Positions 1-9,976 are shown, numbered from the stretch's first letter. The stretch: DNA of 64,000 bases from Candidatus Methylomirabilia bacterium (GCA_046758965.1 JBHIBG010000003.1:32001-96000); one strand, 5' to 3'. Numbers and translations: made by a program. Notes: generated by a model from the sequence alone, not told the origin.

Positions 1-741
1 CTTGTTGGCCGTGTCGCCGTTGGCGGCAATGCGGTCGGCCCCCGTGATGATCAAGTCCACCTGCCCCTGAGCCATGAGGCTCGCAGCTGCCGCATCCGCG
101 ATGACCCGGTGAGGGATCCCCTCTTTGAGGCATTCCCACGCGGTGAGGCGGGATCCCTGAAGCACCGGCCGGGTCTCGTCCACCCAGAGGAGGGCGACCT
201 TGCCCTGAATGTGGGCGGCCCGAACAACGCCGAGCGCCGTGCCGTAGCCGGCGGTGGCCAGGGCGCCGGTATTACAGTGGGTGAGGATCCGCGCGCGAGC
301 CGGAATCAGCGCTGCCCCGTGCTGCCCCAGCGCGCGGTTGGCCGCCACGTCCTCTTCCAGCACCGTCTGGGCCTCGGCCAGGAGCCTGGCCCTGAGCTCA
401 CCCAGGGGCAAGCTCCGGTGGTCAAGGGCGACGCGGCGCAGTCGCTCCAGCGCCCAGAAGAGGTTGACCGCGGTGGGTCGCGTGGCGGCGAGCTCCTTGA
501 TGGCCACTTCCAGGTCGCCGAGCAAGCCGTCGAACGTAGCGGCGGGACTCTCACGGGCAGCCAGGGCCACCCCGAAGGCCGCGGCCACACCGATGGCGGG
601 AGCGCCCCTGACCCGGAGCGTCCGGATGGCCTCGGCGACCGCGCGCCACTCCCCGCAACCCCACTCGACCTCCTCTGCGGGGAGCCGGGTCTGGTCGAGG
701 AGCACTAAGCGGTCCCCTCTCCAGCGGACCGGGGCGATCAC
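1..741 (-). CDS. mtnA: S-methyl-5-thioribose-1-phosphate isomerase (runs off window edge)
   Basis: Manual translation of the minus strand from GTG at 741: VIAPVRWRGDRLVLLDQ...ILTHCNTGALATAGYGTALGV...VDETRPVLQGSRLTAWE...GADRIAANGDTANK. GGAGG/GAGGA RBS upstream. Not in the ORF track because there is no stop in the window. Confidence 0.95.
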   Translation of the reverse strand, partial: MIAPVRWRGDRLVLLDQTRLPAEEVEWGCGEWRAVAEAIRTLRVRGAPAIGVAAAFGVALAARESPAATFDGLLGDLEVAIKELAATRPTAVNLFWALERLRRVALDHRSLPLGELRARLLAEAQTVLEEDVAANRALGQHGAALIPARARILTHCNTGALATAGYGTALGVVRAAHIQGKVALLWVDETRPVLQGSRLTAWECLKEGIPHRVIADAAAASLMAQGQVDLIITGADRIAANGDTANK

Positions 742-779
742 CCGGGCTTCCTCAAACCCTCCAGCTTGGCTTCAAGGAC

Positions 780-1316
780 TCAGCTCGCCCCGGGCCCTTC
801 ATCGGCCAGCTCCTGGGCGATGAGCGTCTGGTACATGTCGACAGTCGACCGAAGGCCTTCGGCGAGCTGGCGGCGGGTGCGCTTCAGCATCAGGATGTCG
901 TTCTGGATCTTGGCTGCCTCCGCTCGCGCCTCCTCCATGAGCTTCTCTCCCTGGAGCTCGGCATCCCGGAGCAGGAACTGGGCCTCTTTCCGGGCGGAGT
1001 CCCTCAGCTCCTCAGCTGCACGCCCGGACGACTCCCTCAGCTCCTCAGCCTCCCGCCGGGCGGTCTCCTTCAGCTCCTCAGCCAGCCGCTGGCTGGTGAG
1101 CAGCGTCTCCTTGATCGTCCGCTCGAGGTCCTTGTAGCCGCGCGCCCGCTCCTCGGAGGCCGCCAGCTGCTCCTTGAGCAAGCTGTTCTCCCTCAGGAGG
1201 TGCTCGTAGTCCTCGGCCACCTCATTGAGGAAGGTGTCCACCTCGTCCATGTCGAAGCCGCGGAACAGCTTGACCGAAAATTGCTGTTGACGAATGTCCG
1301 GGGGACTGATGCGCAT
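780..1316 (-). CDS. divIVA: DivIVA domain protein
   Basis: N-terminal ISPPDIRQQQFSVKLFRGFDMDEVDTFL motif followed by coiled coil. Confidence 0.92.
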   Translation of the reverse strand: MRISPPDIRQQQFSVKLFRGFDMDEVDTFLNEVAEDYEHLLRENSLLKEQLAASEERARGYKDLERTIKETLLTSQRLAEELKETARREAEELRESSGRAAEELRDSARKEAQFLLRDAELQGEKLMEEARAEAAKIQNDILMLKRTRRQLAEGLRSTVDMYQTLIAQELADEGPGAS

Positions 1317-1337
1317 GGCGTAAACCTCCCTAACCCA

Positions 1338-1577
1338 TCATCGGGCCAGAAGCCCCTGAAGGATAAAAATGATGAGAATAGCAATCATCGGGGAGAGATC
1401 CAGCCCGATCTGCCGGGTGGGAAGGAGATCCCGGATAGGGCGGAGCACCGGCTCAGTCGCTTGGTAGAGAAACCGCACGATCGGATTGGACGGGTCGGGG
1501 TTTATCCAGGAAAGGAGCGCCCGGGCAATGATGATCCACATGTAGACCATCAGCAGCGTGTTCAGGAGGTTGGCCAC
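1338..1577 (-). CDS. yggT: YggT family membrane protein
   Basis: IIARALLSWINPDPSNPIVRFLYQATEPVLRPIR...LDLSPM. Confidence 0.92.
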   Translation of the reverse strand: MANLLNTLLMVYMWIIIARALLSWINPDPSNPIVRFLYQATEPVLRPIRDLLPTRQIGLDLSPMIAILIIFILQGLLAR

Positions 1578-1585
1578 GGCGACAC

Positions 1586-2407
1586 CTACTTCCCTTGCCC
1601 CAGCTCTCGCGAGCGGAGGGTGGCACGCTCCACCGCATCGATGAAAGCGTGACGGACACGCCCCTCTTCCAGGGCAGCGATCCCCTTGATGGTGGTCCCG
1701 CCCGGCGAGGCGACCATATCCTTGAGCTGGCCCGGGTGAGCGCCGGTCTCGAGCAGGAGCCGGGCCGACCCGAGGACGGTCTGGGTCGCGAGCGTCATGG
1801 CTGTCGCCCGGTCGAGCCCCATCTTCACTCCGCCGTCGGCCAACGCCTCGATCACAATGGCGACATAGGCCGGCCCCGAGCCCGAAAGGCCGGTGACCGC
1901 ATCGATCTGGCCTTCCTCGAGCAGCACCACCTTGCCCACGGCTTCGAAGATCTCCCGGGCAGTCTCCAGATCTCCCGGCCTGAGCCTTTCGGCTCGCGCG
2001 ATGGCCGTGGTGCCCTCCAGCACCAGCGCCGGGGTGTTCGGCATGACGCGGATCAGGCGCACGCCTTCGGGGAGGAGGGCTCTGAGCGTAGAGGTCGAGA
2101 CGCCGGCGGCAATGGAGATGACGAGCTTCTCCGGGCTGACAGTGGGGGCCACCTCGGTCAGGGCAGCGGCGATCACCTGGGGCTTCAGGGCGAGGACGAT
2201 GACGTCGGCGCGTTTCACCAGGAGCGCGTTGTCCTCCACCGTCTGGATCCCGTAGAGCTCTCGCAGCTGGTCCAGGCGATCGAGCCTGACGTCGGCGGCG
2301 AAGATGGACTCGGCAGCGACCGTGCCGGCCCTGAGCAGGCCCTTGATCAGCGCCTCCCCCATGTTGCCGGCGCCGAGCAGGCCGATCGTCTTGCCCTTGA
2401 TGCTCAT
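1586..2407 (-). CDS. proC: pyrroline-5-carboxylate reductase
   Basis: GAGNMG, RVMPNTP, SGSGPAY and SPGGTT motifs. Confidence 0.97.
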   Translation of the reverse strand: MSIKGKTIGLLGAGNMGEALIKGLLRAGTVAAESIFAADVRLDRLDQLRELYGIQTVEDNALLVKRADVIVLALKPQVIAAALTEVAPTVSPEKLVISIAAGVSTSTLRALLPEGVRLIRVMPNTPALVLEGTTAIARAERLRPGDLETAREIFEAVGKVVLLEEGQIDAVTGLSGSGPAYVAIVIEALADGGVKMGLDRATAMTLATQTVLGSARLLLETGAHPGQLKDMVASPGGTTIKGIAALEEGRVRHAFIDAVERATLRSRELGQGK

Positions 2408-2411
2408 CTCG

Positions 2412-3116
2412 TCAGTCGGAGAGGGGTTCGCCCCCCTGCCGAGACCGTGGCGGCCTCGGGCCGAAGATGGCCGTGCCCACGCGGACCATGGTGGCGCCCT
2501 CTTCCACGGCCACCTCGAACTCTCCGGTCATGCCCATGGAGAGGTGCGTGAGACCGGCCTGGTCGCGAAGCTCACGGAGCTGGCGGAACCAGGGCCGGGC
2601 CGCCTCGGGATCCTCGACGGGCGGGGGCATCGTCATCAGCCCGAGCACCCGGAGACCCGGAAGGGCTCCGACCGCCTCCAGGGCCGGCTTCAGCTCATCG
2701 GGGGCGAAACCGGCCTTCGTCTCCTCCCCCGCGACGTTGACCTGGACGAGCGCATCGATGACCTTCCCTTCGGCCTGAGCCCGGCGATCGAGCTCTCGCG
2801 CCAGCTCCAGGCGGTCCACAGAGTGAATCAGGTCAAACAGCCGCACGGCCTCCCTCACTTTGTTGGTCTGGAGTGTCCCGACCAGATGCCAGGGAACCGG
2901 ACGGCCGAGGTGGGCGATCTTCGCCTTCGCCTCCTGCACCCGGTTTTCCCCCACGGCCCGTACCCCCGCGGCCAGGGCCTGGCGGATGCGCTCGACATCC
3001 ACGGCCTTGGAGACCGCCACCAGCAGGACCTCCTCCGGCTCCCGGCCCACCCGTCGGGCGGCCCGGTCAATCCGCGCCTCCACCGCCCGCAGATTCGCCG
3101 CTACGTCAACCGTCAT
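2412..3116 (-). CDS. yggS: PLP homeostasis protein YggS
   Basis: AVSK, GENRVQE, GTLQTNK, LSMGMT, EEGATMVRVGTAIFG. Start placed at ATG 3116 (MTVDVAANL). Confidence 0.95.
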   Translation of the reverse strand: MTVDVAANLRAVEARIDRAARRVGREPEEVLLVAVSKAVDVERIRQALAAGVRAVGENRVQEAKAKIAHLGRPVPWHLVGTLQTNKVREAVRLFDLIHSVDRLELARELDRRAQAEGKVIDALVQVNVAGEETKAGFAPDELKPALEAVGALPGLRVLGLMTMPPPVEDPEAARPWFRQLRELRDQAGLTHLSMGMTGEFEVAVEEGATMVRVGTAIFGPRPPRSRQGGEPLSD

Positions 3117-3229
3117 CCCCCGCTCGCGGGGCTCATTGTAGCAACCCTCGCCCCTGTAGAACAAGACGCGGTGGCACAACGAAAGAAGATCCTTGACTTC
3201 GACACGGCCGCGCAGGAAGTTCTCCTCAC

Positions 3230-4009
3230 ATGCTCTTTTCTGGGAGGCGTTGGAGGAGTCGCCGGCTCTGGGCTCTCGCGCTGCTACTGGCCCCCTCGGT
3301 CGCAGCTGCCGAGACCGCGGCCGTGCGGCGGGTGCTCGATGGGGACAGCATCGTGCTGACCGACGGGCGCGCGGTCAGGTACCTCGGCATCAACGCGCCC
3401 GAGCGGGGGCAACCGTTTCATGCCCAGGCTCGACAGCTCAACCGGATCCTGACGAAAGCCGGGAGAGTCCGCCTGGAGTTCGATCGGGTGCGTCTGGACC
3501 GCTACGGGCGGCTCCTGGCGTATGTCTATGTCGGAGCCGAGATGGTGAATGCCAGACTCCTCCACGAGGGGCTGGCTCATCTCTTCATCATTCCCCCGAA
3601 CCTCAAGCACTACGAGCGGTTCCTGAGGCTCCAGGAGGCCGCACAGAGAGCCCGCCGGGGCATGTGGCGGCAGACCTCGGGCCCGGCGAAGATCACGAAG
3701 GTGGAGCTCGGGCTCCGGGGCCCCGAACACGTCAGGATTGCGAATGTGTCAGCCCGCCCGCTGGATCTGGCCGGCTTCAGGCTCTCCGATCGCGCCCGGC
3801 ACAGCTATCGCTTCCCGTCCGTGGTGCTGAACCCCGGCTACGTCCTCACGCTCAGGAGTGGCGCAGGCGCCGACCTCAGAGCCCGCTCCGGACCGATCCT
3901 GCTCCACTGGCACTCCCCGGGACCGATCTGGAATAACAGCGGCGACACCGCATTCCTCTTCGGTCCCGACGGCAGGCTGATCGACCGTTTCGAGGCCCGC
4001 CCGCGCTGA
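3230..4009 (+). CDS. secreted thermonuclease (SNase) with C-terminal lamin-tail domain
   Basis: Signal peptide; VLDGDS, VRYLGINAPE, DRYGRLLAYV (SNase); EHVRIAN...LDLAGFRLSD...IWNNSGDTAFL (LTD). Confidence 0.88.
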   Translation: MLFSGRRWRSRRLWALALLLAPSVAAAETAAVRRVLDGDSIVLTDGRAVRYLGINAPERGQPFHAQARQLNRILTKAGRVRLEFDRVRLDRYGRLLAYVYVGAEMVNARLLHEGLAHLFIIPPNLKHYERFLRLQEAAQRARRGMWRQTSGPAKITKVELGLRGPEHVRIANVSARPLDLAGFRLSDRARHSYRFPSVVLNPGYVLTLRSGAGADLRARSGPILLHWHSPGPIWNNSGDTAFLFGPDGRLIDRFEARPR

Positions 4010-4190
4010 GGGGCACCTCGCCCTTGACGGATTCGCGAGCTCACTCTTCATCCTCGCCGCCAAGATCGACCGCGACGCCGTTCAGGGCTAAGCGGCTTGA
4101 AAGCATCCACACGTTCGCGGCGGCACCCGAGCCTCGCAGGCTGGAGACAGCGAACCAGATCGCCAGCTCGCCCCATAGGAAGGTTCCTAC

Positions 4191-4517
4191 ATGATCGAGC
4201 ATCTGAGAGTTACGGTCATCGAATCGCAGACCATATACGACTTTTGCACGAGCTGCAATCGCGAATCAGGAATCATCATGGATAAGTGGAGGCTTGATCC
4301 TGATTTCAGGGTGCCGCTGAATCTTGTGAGTTCAAGAGTCGAGTGTAGGGATGGTTCGAAACAGGATCTGTCATGGGATGCTAGATGCGCGGCCTGCGGG
4401 AAACAGGCGGGAAAATTTCGGACACTATCTCTGGCGGCTTCGGTGACCAATCAGCAGTGGCAGGAGCGGCCAACGACCGAGGACGAAGTCAGGCGAAGTG
4501 AGTTGGAAGGGCGCTAG
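4191..4517 (+). CDS. hypothetical protein with two CxxC pairs (possible zinc ribbon), AT-richer than flanks
   Basis: CTSC and CAAC motifs; GGAAGG RBS-like sequence; stop overlaps the pgeF stop in CTAG. Confidence 0.55.
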   Translation: MIEHLRVTVIESQTIYDFCTSCNRESGIIMDKWRLDPDFRVPLNLVSSRVECRDGSKQDLSWDARCAACGKQAGKFRTLSLAASVTNQQWQERPTTEDEVRRSELEGR

Positions 4518-5296
4518 CTCGCGGATCGGCGGCCGACGGGGATCGAGGCCAGCGTGAGGAGGCGGCCACTCGATCCCTCCTTGCGGTAGGAGCAGAAGAG
4601 GTCCCGGCGGCATGAGGTGCAGAGCCTCGGGTTGAGGATCCGCTCCGGGCTCACCCCCGCAGCCGCCAGCTGGAACTCGTTCGCCTGCCAGAGGTCCAGC
4701 ATCCACTTCCCCGGACTCACGGCGCGCGCCCACCCTTCCCACGCGTGAGGGAATGCCTCCCCGAGTGGCTCGATCACCGGACGGTCCACCTCGTAGCAGC
4801 AGGGACCGATGGAGGGGGCGATCGCCGCGAGAAGGTCAGGCAGGCTCGACCCCGCCGCTGCCAGGGCATCGACCGCGGCCCGGGCGGCACCCGCAATGGT
4901 CCCGCGCCAGCCGGCGTGGACCACGGCCAGGAGCGCTCTGACCGGATCGTAGAGGATCAGCGCCAGACAGTCAGCGGCGAAGACGGCGAGCGGGATTCCC
5001 GGGGTCGAGGTGAGCAGTACGTCTCCCCGGCCGGCAGCGCCCCGTTTGGAGCCGTCCGCGCGGATGACGGCGGCCCCGTGCACCTGATCGAGAAAGGCCA
5101 GGCGCCTGACCTCAAGACCGTGGCGCCTCAAGAGATCCCCTGCCTCTAGGCCGATCGGAGCCGCCCGCCTCCCCGCGTGAACGATTCCCGGACAGTGCCG
5201 GGTTGTCGAGAGGTGAGGGACGCCAAGCGCCTCCAGGGCCACGAACGTGAGATGGGTGGGCGGGTCTCCGTGGAGGCGGACGAGCGAGGAGCTCAC
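4514..5296 (-). CDS. pgeF: PgeF/YfiH family (peptidoglycan editing / purine nucleoside phosphorylase-laccase domain)
   Basis: QVHG, ADCL, HAGWRG, PSIGPCCYEV, CTSC, SYR motifs. Confidence 0.92.
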   Translation of the reverse strand: MSSSLVRLHGDPPTHLTFVALEALGVPHLSTTRHCPGIVHAGRRAAPIGLEAGDLLRRHGLEVRRLAFLDQVHGAAVIRADGSKRGAAGRGDVLLTSTPGIPLAVFAADCLALILYDPVRALLAVVHAGWRGTIAGAARAAVDALAAAGSSLPDLLAAIAPSIGPCCYEVDRPVIEPLGEAFPHAWEGWARAVSPGKWMLDLWQANEFQLAAAGVSPERILNPRLCTSCRRDLFCSYRKEGSSGRLLTLASIPVGRRSAS

Positions 5297-6417
5297 GGCT
5301 CGACTCCGACCGCGGCCAGCGCCGACTCGTAGCGGGCTCTGAGCCGAGCCCTATCCTGCCCCCAATCGACATGGTCCCAGGGCAGGATCTCTTCCGCCCG
5401 CTTTCGCCGGTTCAGGAAGAAGGCTGGATTCAGCGGATGCTCCACACAGGCCCGGTCCCAACCGAGGCGACGGGTGGCAAGAAGGAAATCGCCGGCCCGG
5501 CGATCGCCGAGCGCCAGGACACCCTCCAGCATCGCCCATTTGGGGAGGTCGTGCGTCACGGTCACCCCGGGCACCGCCCGGAGGGCCCGGAGTGTGCTGC
5601 TGAGCTGGTCCTTGAGCGCCCTTCCGCCAGGCATCGGCCACCACTGAAGTGGCGTCCAGGGCCGAGGCACGAAGCAGGTGAGGCCCACGCTGAGCGGCGG
5701 GAGGCGGCGCTCGTCTCTGAGCCGCACCACCAAACAGTGGCGGAGCTTCTTGACCCACTGAGCGATCGACGCCGCCGAGGCAGCCGGCAGGCCCACGGCG
5801 AAGCTGAGGAAGATCCGTTCGCCCTCCTGCACCTGCCCGGCAACCTCTTCGGGACTCGAGATCCTCCCCAAGAGATGCTGGATCTCAGGAGCTGGATGAC
5901 CCGGGGGCGGAGCCTCATCCCCCTCATCAAACGGAGTGGCTCCCTCGAGGCCCCGGGGCCATGGCACCCCCGGCCGCGGGATCACGGACGCCACGCTCCC
6001 GTCCGCCGCGTAGCGAAGCGCGTAGAGCGAGGGGACATACACGCCCGAGAGGCGAGCCAACCGCTCGAGCCGCTCAGCTCGCGGTGACCCGCGTGAGGCC
6101 TCCAGCTCGGCGAGGACCGCGCGCAGCAGCGGCCAGCCACCTCCGAGGAGGAGCAGATCCGCCACCACAGCGAGCGGCTCCGGGTTCTCCTGAGGGGTGG
6201 CAAGCCAGACGGCAACCAGGGGATCGCGAGCCTCCCGCTCCTCCTGACTCAAGGCAATCCGTTTGTCAGCGAGGGTGTCCAGGATCGGTAGCCACGTCTT
6301 GACGGAGGCGGTGCGCGCTACCAGCACCTCGGGGCGTCGATCCGGGGGAAGGCGGGTCAGCTCGGGGAATGCCTCTGCCGGCGGAACTGACGGCGCGGTC
6401 AGGAACGCAACAGACAT
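5293..6417 (-). CDS. degenerate radical-SAM-family homologue lacking the CxxxCxxC motif
   Basis: NPEPLA, GVYVPSLY, F(A)VGLP, FVPRPWTPLQW, GDRR and EILPWDHVD resemble B12-binding/TIGR03960-type radical SAM proteins, but there is no CxxxCxxC. Start at ATG 6417, because the upstream extension crosses a repeat element. Confidence 0.7.
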   Translation of the reverse strand: MSVAFLTAPSVPPAEAFPELTRLPPDRRPEVLVARTASVKTWLPILDTLADKRIALSQEEREARDPLVAVWLATPQENPEPLAVVADLLLLGGGWPLLRAVLAELEASRGSPRAERLERLARLSGVYVPSLYALRYAADGSVASVIPRPGVPWPRGLEGATPFDEGDEAPPPGHPAPEIQHLLGRISSPEEVAGQVQEGERIFLSFAVGLPAASAASIAQWVKKLRHCLVVRLRDERRLPPLSVGLTCFVPRPWTPLQWWPMPGGRALKDQLSSTLRALRAVPGVTVTHDLPKWAMLEGVLALGDRRAGDFLLATRRLGWDRACVEHPLNPAFFLNRRKRAEEILPWDHVDWGQDRARLRARYESALAAVGVEP

Positions 6418-6464
6418 GACGAATCGGGTCTGTTCGAGCCCCGGCTCTTTTGGAACGCCGGCCT

Positions 6465-6538
6465 TGTTCCGGCGCCGGCTTCGCCGGCGCAACCTCATGG
6501 GGGAGGAATCGGAGGGGGCCGTCGAGGCCCCCTCCGAA
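6465..6538 (-). repeat. two-hairpin REP-like element, copy 1
   Basis: Reverse complement tcggagggggcctcgacggccccctccga...ttgcgccggcgaagccggcgccggaaca matches 24656-24730. Confidence 0.8.
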
Positions 6539-6541
6539 GGT

Positions 6542-7726
6542 CTAATCCGCCTGCCGCCTCAGAAAGGCCGGGATATCCAGGTCCGCCTCCAGCGACTCCT
6601 CGCCCTCGGCGCGCATCTCGGTCGCCCTGCGACGCCAGGCTGTCCCCGGAGAGGAGCGCGGGACCTTCGGCAGGTCTACGACCTTCGCACCGGCGTCCGC
6701 GGGCTCTTTCCGCTCGGCGAAGCCGGTGGCGATCACCGTGATCCTCACCTCCTCCTGGAGGCGCTCGTCGATCACCGCTCCGAAAATAATGTTGGCCTCC
6801 TCGTGGGCCGCCTCCTGAACGATCCGCGCCGCCTCTTCCACCTCGTGGAGGGAAAGGTCCGGGCCCCCGGTGAAATTGATGAGGATGCCGCGGGCGCCTA
6901 CGACTGCGGTCTCGTCCAGGAGCGGGCTCGCCAGGGCCTTGTGGGCCGCGTCCTGGGCCCGGTGCTCCCCCTTCCCGACACCGATCCCCATCAGCGCCAG
7001 CCCCATCCCGGACATGATGGTCCGCACATCCGCGAAGTCCAGATTGACCAGCCCGGGGACGAGGACGAGGTCCGAGATCCCCTGGACCGCCTGGTGGAGG
7101 ACCGAGTCAGCCACCTTGAAGGCGTCGAGGAGCGAGGCGCCCCGCTCCACCACGGCGAGGAGCCGCTGGTTGGGGATCGTGATCAGCGTATCCACAAAAC
7201 CCTTGAGCTCCGCCAGCCCGGCCTCGGCCTGCATGGCCCGCTTTTTCCCCTCGAAGAGGAATGGCTTGGTCACCACCGCCACGGTCAGGACGCCAAGCTC
7301 CTTGGCCACGGCCGCCACCACCGGCGTGGCACCGGTCCCGGTGCCTCCGCCAAACCCCGCGGTCACGAACACCATATCGGCACCGTGGAGAAACCGCGAG
7401 ATCCGCTCCCGGTCCTCCTCGGCGGCCCGCTTGCCGATCTCGGGGTCTGAGCCGGCCCCGAGGCCGCCGGTGAGCTGCACCCCGAGCTGAAGCTTGACAG
7501 GCGCGGGCGAGGCGCGAAGCGCCTGGAGATCGGTGTTGGCCACGATGAACTCCACCCCGCTGAACCGGGCCGCGATCATCCGGCTGACCGCGTTCCCGCC
7601 GGCGCCCCCCAGCCCGATGACCTTGATGATCGCCCCCTCTCGAACCGGACTGTCGCGCGGTTCCCCCCGCCCCCCCCAACCCTCTTCCAGCTCGAAGACC
7701 GGCCGTTCCACAGGCCACGACTCCAT
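6542..7726 (-). CDS. ftsZ: cell division protein FtsZ
   Basis: GGGTGTG tubulin signature, NLDFAD, C-terminal [21 protein letters not shown] before ATG 7726. Confidence 0.98.
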   Translation of the reverse strand: MESWPVERPVFELEEGWGGRGEPRDSPVREGAIIKVIGLGGAGGNAVSRMIAARFSGVEFIVANTDLQALRASPAPVKLQLGVQLTGGLGAGSDPEIGKRAAEEDRERISRFLHGADMVFVTAGFGGGTGTGATPVVAAVAKELGVLTVAVVTKPFLFEGKKRAMQAEAGLAELKGFVDTLITIPNQRLLAVVERGASLLDAFKVADSVLHQAVQGISDLVLVPGLVNLDFADVRTIMSGMGLALMGIGVGKGEHRAQDAAHKALASPLLDETAVVGARGILINFTGGPDLSLHEVEEAARIVQEAAHEEANIIFGAVIDERLQEEVRITVIATGFAERKEPADAGAKVVDLPKVPRSSPGTAWRRRATEMRAEGEESLEADLDIPAFLRRQAD

Positions 7727-7843
7727 CGGCGCTCTCCTCTCTGTCACGGGTTCCCGTCGGCCGTGCGGCAGGGTCAGGTGAAGCTCGATCTGACCGCTCC
7801 CCTTCGACCTCGCCCCTCGGTCAGTGCCCACGCCCCGCTCCGC

Positions 7844-9088
7844 TCAAAAGATCTCCGAAAACCAATCCCGCATGCGGCGTCTGATCCACTGGAGCAGGCG
7901 GCCGTCGCTGCCATTCGGCGAGGCGGCGCGACCCCGGACCTCCGCCCCGTGGAGCGCCAGCCCCACCCCCGTGGCGAAGATGGGGCTCCTCACCACATCG
8001 CCCAGCCCGCCAACCCCATCCGGGACCCCGCGCCGCACGGGCAGGTCGAACACCTGCTCGGCCAGCTCCAGGACCCCTTCCATGAGCGAGGTGCCCCCCG
8101 TCACGACGACCCCGGCGGTGGCGGCATCCTGGAGCCCCGTCCGCGCCAGTTCCCGCGCGACCAGGGTGAAGATCTCCTCCACCCTCGGCTGGATGATCTC
8201 GGAGAGGACCTGGCGGGAGAGGACCCGCGCCTTGCGCCCCCCAACGGAGGCGACCTCAACGGTTTCCTCGTCGCTCACCAGCGCGGTCAGGGCACAGCCA
8301 TCGCGCCGCTTGAGCTCTTCGGCTTCAGCCACCGGCGTCCTGAGCCCCACCGCGATGTCGTTCGTGATGTGATCGCCGCCGAGGGCCAGGACGCTGGTGT
8401 GCCACACCGCGCCGTCGTGGAAGAGGGCCACATCCGTGGTGCCGCCCCCGATGTCGATGAGCAGCACGCCCAGCTCGTTTTCGTCAGCGGAGAGCACCGC
8501 CTGGGAGGACGCCAGCGGCTCCAGGACGATGTCCTGGACGGCCAAGCCGGCCCGGTTTACGCTCCGGATCACGTTCTGGATCCCGGTCACCGCGCCGGTG
8601 ACGATGTGCACTTCCACCTCCAGGCGAACCCCCGACATGCCGAGCGGCTCCTTGATCCCGTCCTGGTCATCCACCACGAAGGTTTGAGGCAGCACATGGA
8701 TGACCTCGCGGTCCGGGGGGAGGTTGATCGCCCGCGCCGCCTCCAGGGCCCGCTCCACGTCGGTGGCACTGACTTCCCTCCCCTTTCCTGAGACCGCCAC
8801 CACGCCCCGGCTGTTGATCCCGCGGATATGGCCCCCCGCGACCCCGGCGACGACGGACTCGATCTCCAGGCCGGCGAGCTGCTCGGCCTCCGCCACGGCC
8901 GACCTGATCGCCTCAACGGTCGAGTCGATGTTGACCACCACCCCCTTCCGGAGGCCCCGGGACGGGCTCTGGCCGACACCGATGATGTTCAGCCCTCCGT
9001 AGGGCATCAGCTCGGCGACTATGGCGCAGATCTTGGTAGTCCCGACATCCAGCCCCGCGACGATGACCGGCTTTGGCCGCTTGCCCAT
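7844..9088 (-). CDS. ftsA: cell division protein FtsA
   Basis: GLDVGTTKI, DIGGGTTD, VVTGGTS. Confidence 0.98.
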   Translation of the reverse strand: MGKRPKPVIVAGLDVGTTKICAIVAELMPYGGLNIIGVGQSPSRGLRKGVVVNIDSTVEAIRSAVAEAEQLAGLEIESVVAGVAGGHIRGINSRGVVAVSGKGREVSATDVERALEAARAINLPPDREVIHVLPQTFVVDDQDGIKEPLGMSGVRLEVEVHIVTGAVTGIQNVIRSVNRAGLAVQDIVLEPLASSQAVLSADENELGVLLIDIGGGTTDVALFHDGAVWHTSVLALGGDHITNDIAVGLRTPVAEAEELKRRDGCALTALVSDEETVEVASVGGRKARVLSRQVLSEIIQPRVEEIFTLVARELARTGLQDAATAGVVVTGGTSLMEGVLELAEQVFDLPVRRGVPDGVGGLGDVVRSPIFATGVGLALHGAEVRGRAASPNGSDGRLLQWIRRRMRDWFSEIF

Positions 9089-9124
9089 GCGCTCCCCTCA
9101 GCTTCCTTGGTTCAGCCCGAGGCC

Positions 9125-9976
9125 CTAGCTCGATTTCGGCTTGAGGACCACCTGGTCTCTGAACCGGAGGTCGAGAGAGGCCACCGGCTCGCCCGCCTCG
9201 CGGACCCTGACCAGCACCCCGCTCAGCCGCTCCAGCCGCTGCCCCCACTCCACGCTGCCGAGATACACCTCGAGGCCATCCACCGTGTAGAGGACGGGCC
9301 CCTCGGCCCGGCCCATGTCGATCTCCGAGAGCTGGGCGGCGAGGGCACGCCGGCTCCGGAGCAGATGCCGGAGCAGCGCCAGGGCCTCGTGGGTGCGCGC
9401 GGGGCTCGACATGAGACCCACCTCGGCCCCGTCCGGCAGCAGGCCGGTGATCACGGGGAGGCCGGGAGCGACGGCGCGGGGCTCGGGACCGAGCACGTGG
9501 CCGTCCTCGTCGAGCCAGAAGAGCCGCCCGGCATGGACGGCCAGGGCGAAGGGCTCGCGCTCCTCGATCAGGAGCGTGACCCGATCCGGGAAGGTCCGGA
9601 TCACCGCGGCGCGCTTGACGCGTGGGTGACGCAGGAGCCGCTCGACGACAGCTCCGGGGTCCAGCCTGAAGAGGTTGGCGCCGGCTCCGATCCCGGCTGT
9701 CGCGCGAACCTCCTCCTCGTGAAGTCTGCTCTCGCCCTGAACGTCCACCCCGGTCACGGCGAAGCGGGGCGAAGTGAGAAGCCAGTGGAGGAAGGCGGCC
9801 TGGCCGGTGAGCACGAGCGCCAGGAGCCCGCCCGCGAGGGCAAAGCGGAAAAGGAGCCGCCGCCGAGGGCGCCGCCGCACCCGTTGGCCGACGATGAGAG
9901 GGGTCCGCTCCGCCAGATCTTTCGAGGGCGCCGGCACCTGCCTCGGCGAGTGGATACCCGCCCGGCCCCGCATCAC
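9125..9976 (-). CDS. ftsQ: cell division protein FtsQ/DivIB
   Basis: TM helix, POTRA-like region (RTFPDRVTLLIEEREP), C-terminal LDLRF; position before ftsA. Confidence 0.93.
   Translation of the reverse strand: MMRGRAGIHSPRQVPAPSKDLAERTPLIVGQRVRRRPRRRLLFRFALAGGLLALVLTGQAAFLHWLLTSPRFAVTGVDVQGESRLHEEEVRATAGIGAGANLFRLDPGAVVERLLRHPRVKRAAVIRTFPDRVTLLIEEREPFALAVHAGRLFWLDEDGHVLGPEPRAVAPGLPVITGLLPDGAEVGLMSSPARTHEALALLRHLLRSRRALAAQLSEIDMGRAEGPVLYTVDGLEVYLGSVEWGQRLERLSGVLVRVREAGEPVASLDLRFRDQVVLKPKSS

Noticed and set aside
6418..6498. Arg-rich N-terminal extension of the 5293 ORF
   Set aside because: It is a translation of the REP-like palindrome.
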